Assembly: GCA_964560355.1 (NCBI GenBank)
Contig: CAZLLI010000001.1
Location: forward strand, 834-64,833
Origin: an uncultured bacterium
Lineage (GTDB): Bacteria > Krumholzibacteriota > Krumholzibacteriia > WVZY01 > JAKEHA01
Direction of reading: 5' to 3'
Length of the DNA: 64,000 nt
The translations under genes and the position numbers were made by a program. The stretch's first letter is position 1; every line of letters starts with the position of its first letter. The notes below the pieces were generated by a model, which saw only the letters and a list, made by a program, of their open reading frames with translations, searched no databases and was not told the DNA's origin. Positions 61,434 through 64,000 of this stretch are shown piece by piece.

Positions 61434-62846
61434 TCATGCCGTCTTCCCGTGCCACCTTTCCATGTGGCGCGCGTGCGTCTCCAGGTAGGAGCCGGGCGCG
61501 AAGTGGGTGTCGTAAAAACCGAGATCCAGGTGGTGGGCCTGCAAATAGGTTAGCACGAAGATCGACGGCACGGTGCCGGGGAACTTGCCGAAGCGGTCGA
61601 AGATGTACTGGGCCTGGTGGGCGACGCAGGCCTTGAATTCGTCGTCGTGGACCTTGCCGGCGCCGCGCACGCGCGGGTTCTCCTTGTACGGGCCCGGTGT
61701 CTCCGCGTTGAAAGGACCGCCGGGGCCGAACTTGCGCCGCACGACGGCTTCGGTGGCGTCGCGCATGTCCTTATAGTGCGGCGGGCAGAATCCTTCGAAC
61801 ACGCCGGTGAGTCCGGTGACGTTGGGGAGTGCCCACTTGGGGTTGGTGTCGAAGCGAAATCCCAGGCCGGGCATCGCGGGGTCGCCGCTCGCGCCAAGCA
61901 CGCTGAAGGGCGTGAGCCCGTCGAACATCCAGCCGCCCAGGCCGGTCGCTTGCAGCATGAGCATCCCCGCGTAGCACGCGGTGGAAAGCTCCGCGGTCAC
62001 TTCCGCGAGACACAGCTGCTCCAAGTAGGTGAGCGGATACGGATTGTTGACGTCCACGAGGTGCGCGTACTTCTCGATGCCGGGAATCTTGTTGCCGTTC
62101 ACGTCGTCGAAGAAGCACGCGCCGTTTTGCACGATGTAGCAGATCCCCGCGAGCGTGTGCTGCGCCAAGTCGGCGACGGGAATGATGAGCGTGCTGCCGG
62201 GCCGGTTCACGCACCACGGGTTGTGCTGGTCGATGTGCGCGGGGTTGTCGGGAATGTGGAGGCGCGTGTCGGACAGCTTGCGAACGCGCGCGCGGTGCGC
62301 CGCGAAGTACGCGTTCAAGTCGAGGTTGCCGTCGGCGTCGAGCGGGCGCAGGTCGGGCGCGTCGCGGGTCGGGAAGAAATACACGCCGGAGTCGTCGGTG
62401 AAGAAGATCTCGCTGGTGTGGAATCCGGCCGCGGACGGAAACGTGCGCCCGCCGGCGCCGACCGCGTAGTTGGGAATGCTGGGGATGTAGTGTTTGTTGT
62501 ACGGGTGGAGGTAGAACCAGCCCGTGTTCCCCGCCGTCGCCGTGAGCACCATCATCTGCTCGAGGTCGTCGAGCGGCATCGGTTGCTCTTGCGACGTGAA
62601 CGCGAGCGGGCCGTCGGGGATCGACGCACCCAGCGAGAAACGGCGCGCGCGGCGGCCGTGGAGCGCTTCGATCAGCGGGAACTGGACGGCGTCGTCCAAG
62701 CCCGGAGGCGCCGATGAAACGCGGTCGAGGAGCACGCGGCCCTTGCGCTTCATGCGCTCGCCGCGCGAGTTGAGTCCACAACCGGCGAGCAATACGCCGG
62801 TACCGAGAGCCATGTAACCGAGCATCGAGCGACGGGTGAGTTTCAT
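61434..62846 (-). CDS. Tat-exported lipoprotein, tentatively nitroreductase/SagB-like fold
   Basis: MKLTRRSMLGYMALGTGVLLAGC is a twin-arginine motif plus lipobox. The family assignment is tentative (R..S.R.F-like stretch HGRRARRFSL…). 470 aa. Confidence 0.5.
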   Translation of the reverse strand: MKLTRRSMLGYMALGTGVLLAGCGLNSRGERMKRKGRVLLDRVSSAPPGLDDAVQFPLIEALHGRRARRFSLGASIPDGPLAFTSQEQPMPLDDLEQMMVLTATAGNTGWFYLHPYNKHYIPSIPNYAVGAGGRTFPSAAGFHTSEIFFTDDSGVYFFPTRDAPDLRPLDADGNLDLNAYFAAHRARVRKLSDTRLHIPDNPAHIDQHNPWCVNRPGSTLIIPVADLAQHTLAGICYIVQNGACFFDDVNGNKIPGIEKYAHLVDVNNPYPLTYLEQLCLAEVTAELSTACYAGMLMLQATGLGGWMFDGLTPFSVLGASGDPAMPGLGFRFDTNPKWALPNVTGLTGVFEGFCPPHYKDMRDATEAVVRRKFGPGGPFNAETPGPYKENPRVRGAGKVHDDEFKACVAHQAQYIFDRFGKFPGTVPSIFVLTYLQAHHLDLGFYDTHFAPGSYLETHARHMERWHGKTA

Positions 62847-62889
62847 GGCCGCATGCTATCACCGCGCGACGATTCCTGGCCAGCGCCTC

Positions 62890-63459
62890 CTACGTCGGTC
62901 CCCGGTACCGTCGCTCGGCCTGGCGGCGTATCTCCGCGACGGTGAGCTTGCGAATCAGCACAATGCCGACGCCGAACGTGCGCCAGTAGCGTTGGAAGCG
63001 GTGCCGCGATTCCGCGTCGGTGGCGACGACGCGCGTGCGCGTGCGCACGCGCGAGCGCGCGCCGCCGTCGAGCGGCTCCGCTTCGATCGTCCACGCGATC
63101 TTGACGAAGCCCGGCGTGTCGAAGCGCGCGAAGCGTTCCGGCTCGATCGCCTTGAACACCACGTCCGCTTCCCACGGTTTCGTCACCGCGCCCATCACCC
63201 ACTCGCGCCCCGGCGTGTGCGACAGCACGCCCCACCCCAAGTCGCGCATGTCGGCGATCAAGCCCTTCGAACCCACGAAGTGCGGCGCCTCCGCGCGCAG
63301 CACCCGCGCGCGCGTGGTGAAGATCCAGCGCACCAGCGGAATCGACATCAAGTCGAAGCGCTCGGCGACGTCGAACACCACGTTCACCGGTGCGCGCACC
63401 GTCGCCTCGTGGCGCTCGTCGATGTCGGGCGCCGGGATGAAGGCGTCGATCGGCGGCAC
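62890..63459 (-). CDS. SRPBCC-superfamily protein (polyketide cyclase/dehydrase-like)
   Basis: The GTG at 63459 lies immediately after the TAG of the upstream gene. N-terminus …IDERHEATVRAPVNVVFDVAERFD… is the SRPBCC-type start. About 189 aa. Confidence 0.5.
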   Translation of the reverse strand: MPPIDAFIPAPDIDERHEATVRAPVNVVFDVAERFDLMSIPLVRWIFTTRARVLRAEAPHFVGSKGLIADMRDLGWGVLSHTPGREWVMGAVTKPWEADVVFKAIEPERFARFDTPGFVKIAWTIEAEPLDGGARSRVRTRTRVVATDAESRHRFQRYWRTFGVGIVLIRKLTVAEIRRQAERRYRGPT

Positions 63460-63461
63460 GG

Positions 63462-64000
63462 CTAGAAGCGTCCCGCGTCGACGTCGTGGATGAACTGCAC
63501 GACGCCCTGCATGTACGTCGCCTGGTCGTCGTACATGGCGAGGTGGCTCCCGTTCGGGCAGTACAAGTAGCGCCCGTGCTTCACCACGCCCGCCATCATC
63601 TCCATGTGCTTGGGATCCATGGTGTCGTATTGCGCGCCGATCACCAGCGTCGGCACCGTGATGTTCGCGAGGTCGGCGGTGCGATTCCATTTCTCCAGCT
63701 TGCCGCTCGCGTCCAATTCGCTCGGGCCCTGCATGGGAATGTAGACCGCCGGGTTCATGTGCTTGAACGCGCGCAGCACCGGGTCGGGCCACTGCGCGTA
63801 CGGCATGCGCAGGATGTGGTGCTCGTAGTGGTTCGGAATCAAAAGCTCCATGTAGCGTGGGTTCGCGTAGTCCTTCGCCGCTTCGATCTTCTGCAGCTCC
63901 GCGAGCACGTTCGGGTCCATGCTCGCCTTGAAGACCGATTTTGCATACGCGCTGTAGTCGGGGATGCTCGACATCATGTTGGAGATGACGAGTCCCTTCA
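63462..64000 (-). CDS. alpha/beta-hydrolase (proline iminopeptidase-like), C-terminal part; gene continues past the window end
   Basis: The ORF is open to the window edge. …TVPTLVIGAQYDTMDP…GSHLAMYDD… is the cap/His region of an alpha/beta hydrolase. Confidence 0.7.
   Translation of the reverse strand, partial: KGLVISNMMSSIPDYSAYAKSVFKASMDPNVLAELQKIEAAKDYANPRYMELLIPNHYEHHILRMPYAQWPDPVLRAFKHMNPAVYIPMQGPSELDASGKLEKWNRTADLANITVPTLVIGAQYDTMDPKHMEMMAGVVKHGRYLYCPNGSHLAMYDDQATYMQGVVQFIHDVDAGRF

Overview
High-GC (about 68% by eye) bacterial chromosomal window. 49 of 50 called genes lie on the minus strand. I saw no rRNA, tRNA, CRISPR array, transposase or integrase. The gene content (T9SS type-A C-terminal sorting domains, a PorV/PorQ/FadL-like barrel, GWxTD-domain proteins, an ExbB with its own signal peptide, split MacB-type pumps) points to an FCB-group, Gemmatimonadota-like organism.

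Gene order, read along the minus strand from the high coordinate to the low one:
- an alpha/beta-hydrolase (partial at the window end), an SRPBCC-like protein and a Tat-lipoprotein with a nitroreductase-like fold;
- a roughly 12.5-kb tandem cluster of three giant paralogous secreted proteins, a small FN3 protein and an S33-type peptidase (the most unusual region);
- an RND MFP/permease pair, a DUF1254 lipoprotein and a nitrilase-family enzyme;
- an ABC ATPase translationally coupled to an unusual ABC-2-permease::M1-metallopeptidase fusion;
- arylsulfatase, HAD hydrolase, a Ser/Thr kinase with TPR repeats, a 1-Cys peroxiredoxin and a convergent GNAT on the plus strand;
- two small secreted proteins, uvrA, then gcvT-gcvH-gcvPA-gcvPB fused to dppBCDF with no binding-protein gene;
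- a TonB-dependent receptor, a PorV/FadL-like barrel, a second GWxTD protein, exbB-exbD-exbD and an intrinsic terminator;
- tolC, a MacB-type ATPase, macA and two MacB/FtsX permeases;
- a first GWxTD protein translationally coupled to a peptide-type binding protein and two Dpp/Opp permeases (the last partial at the window start).

The many long antisense ORFs in the track are Arg/Ala/Pro-rich GC shadows and were not called. Gene starts were chosen from signal peptides, SD motifs and stop/start coupling, and may be off by a few codons.
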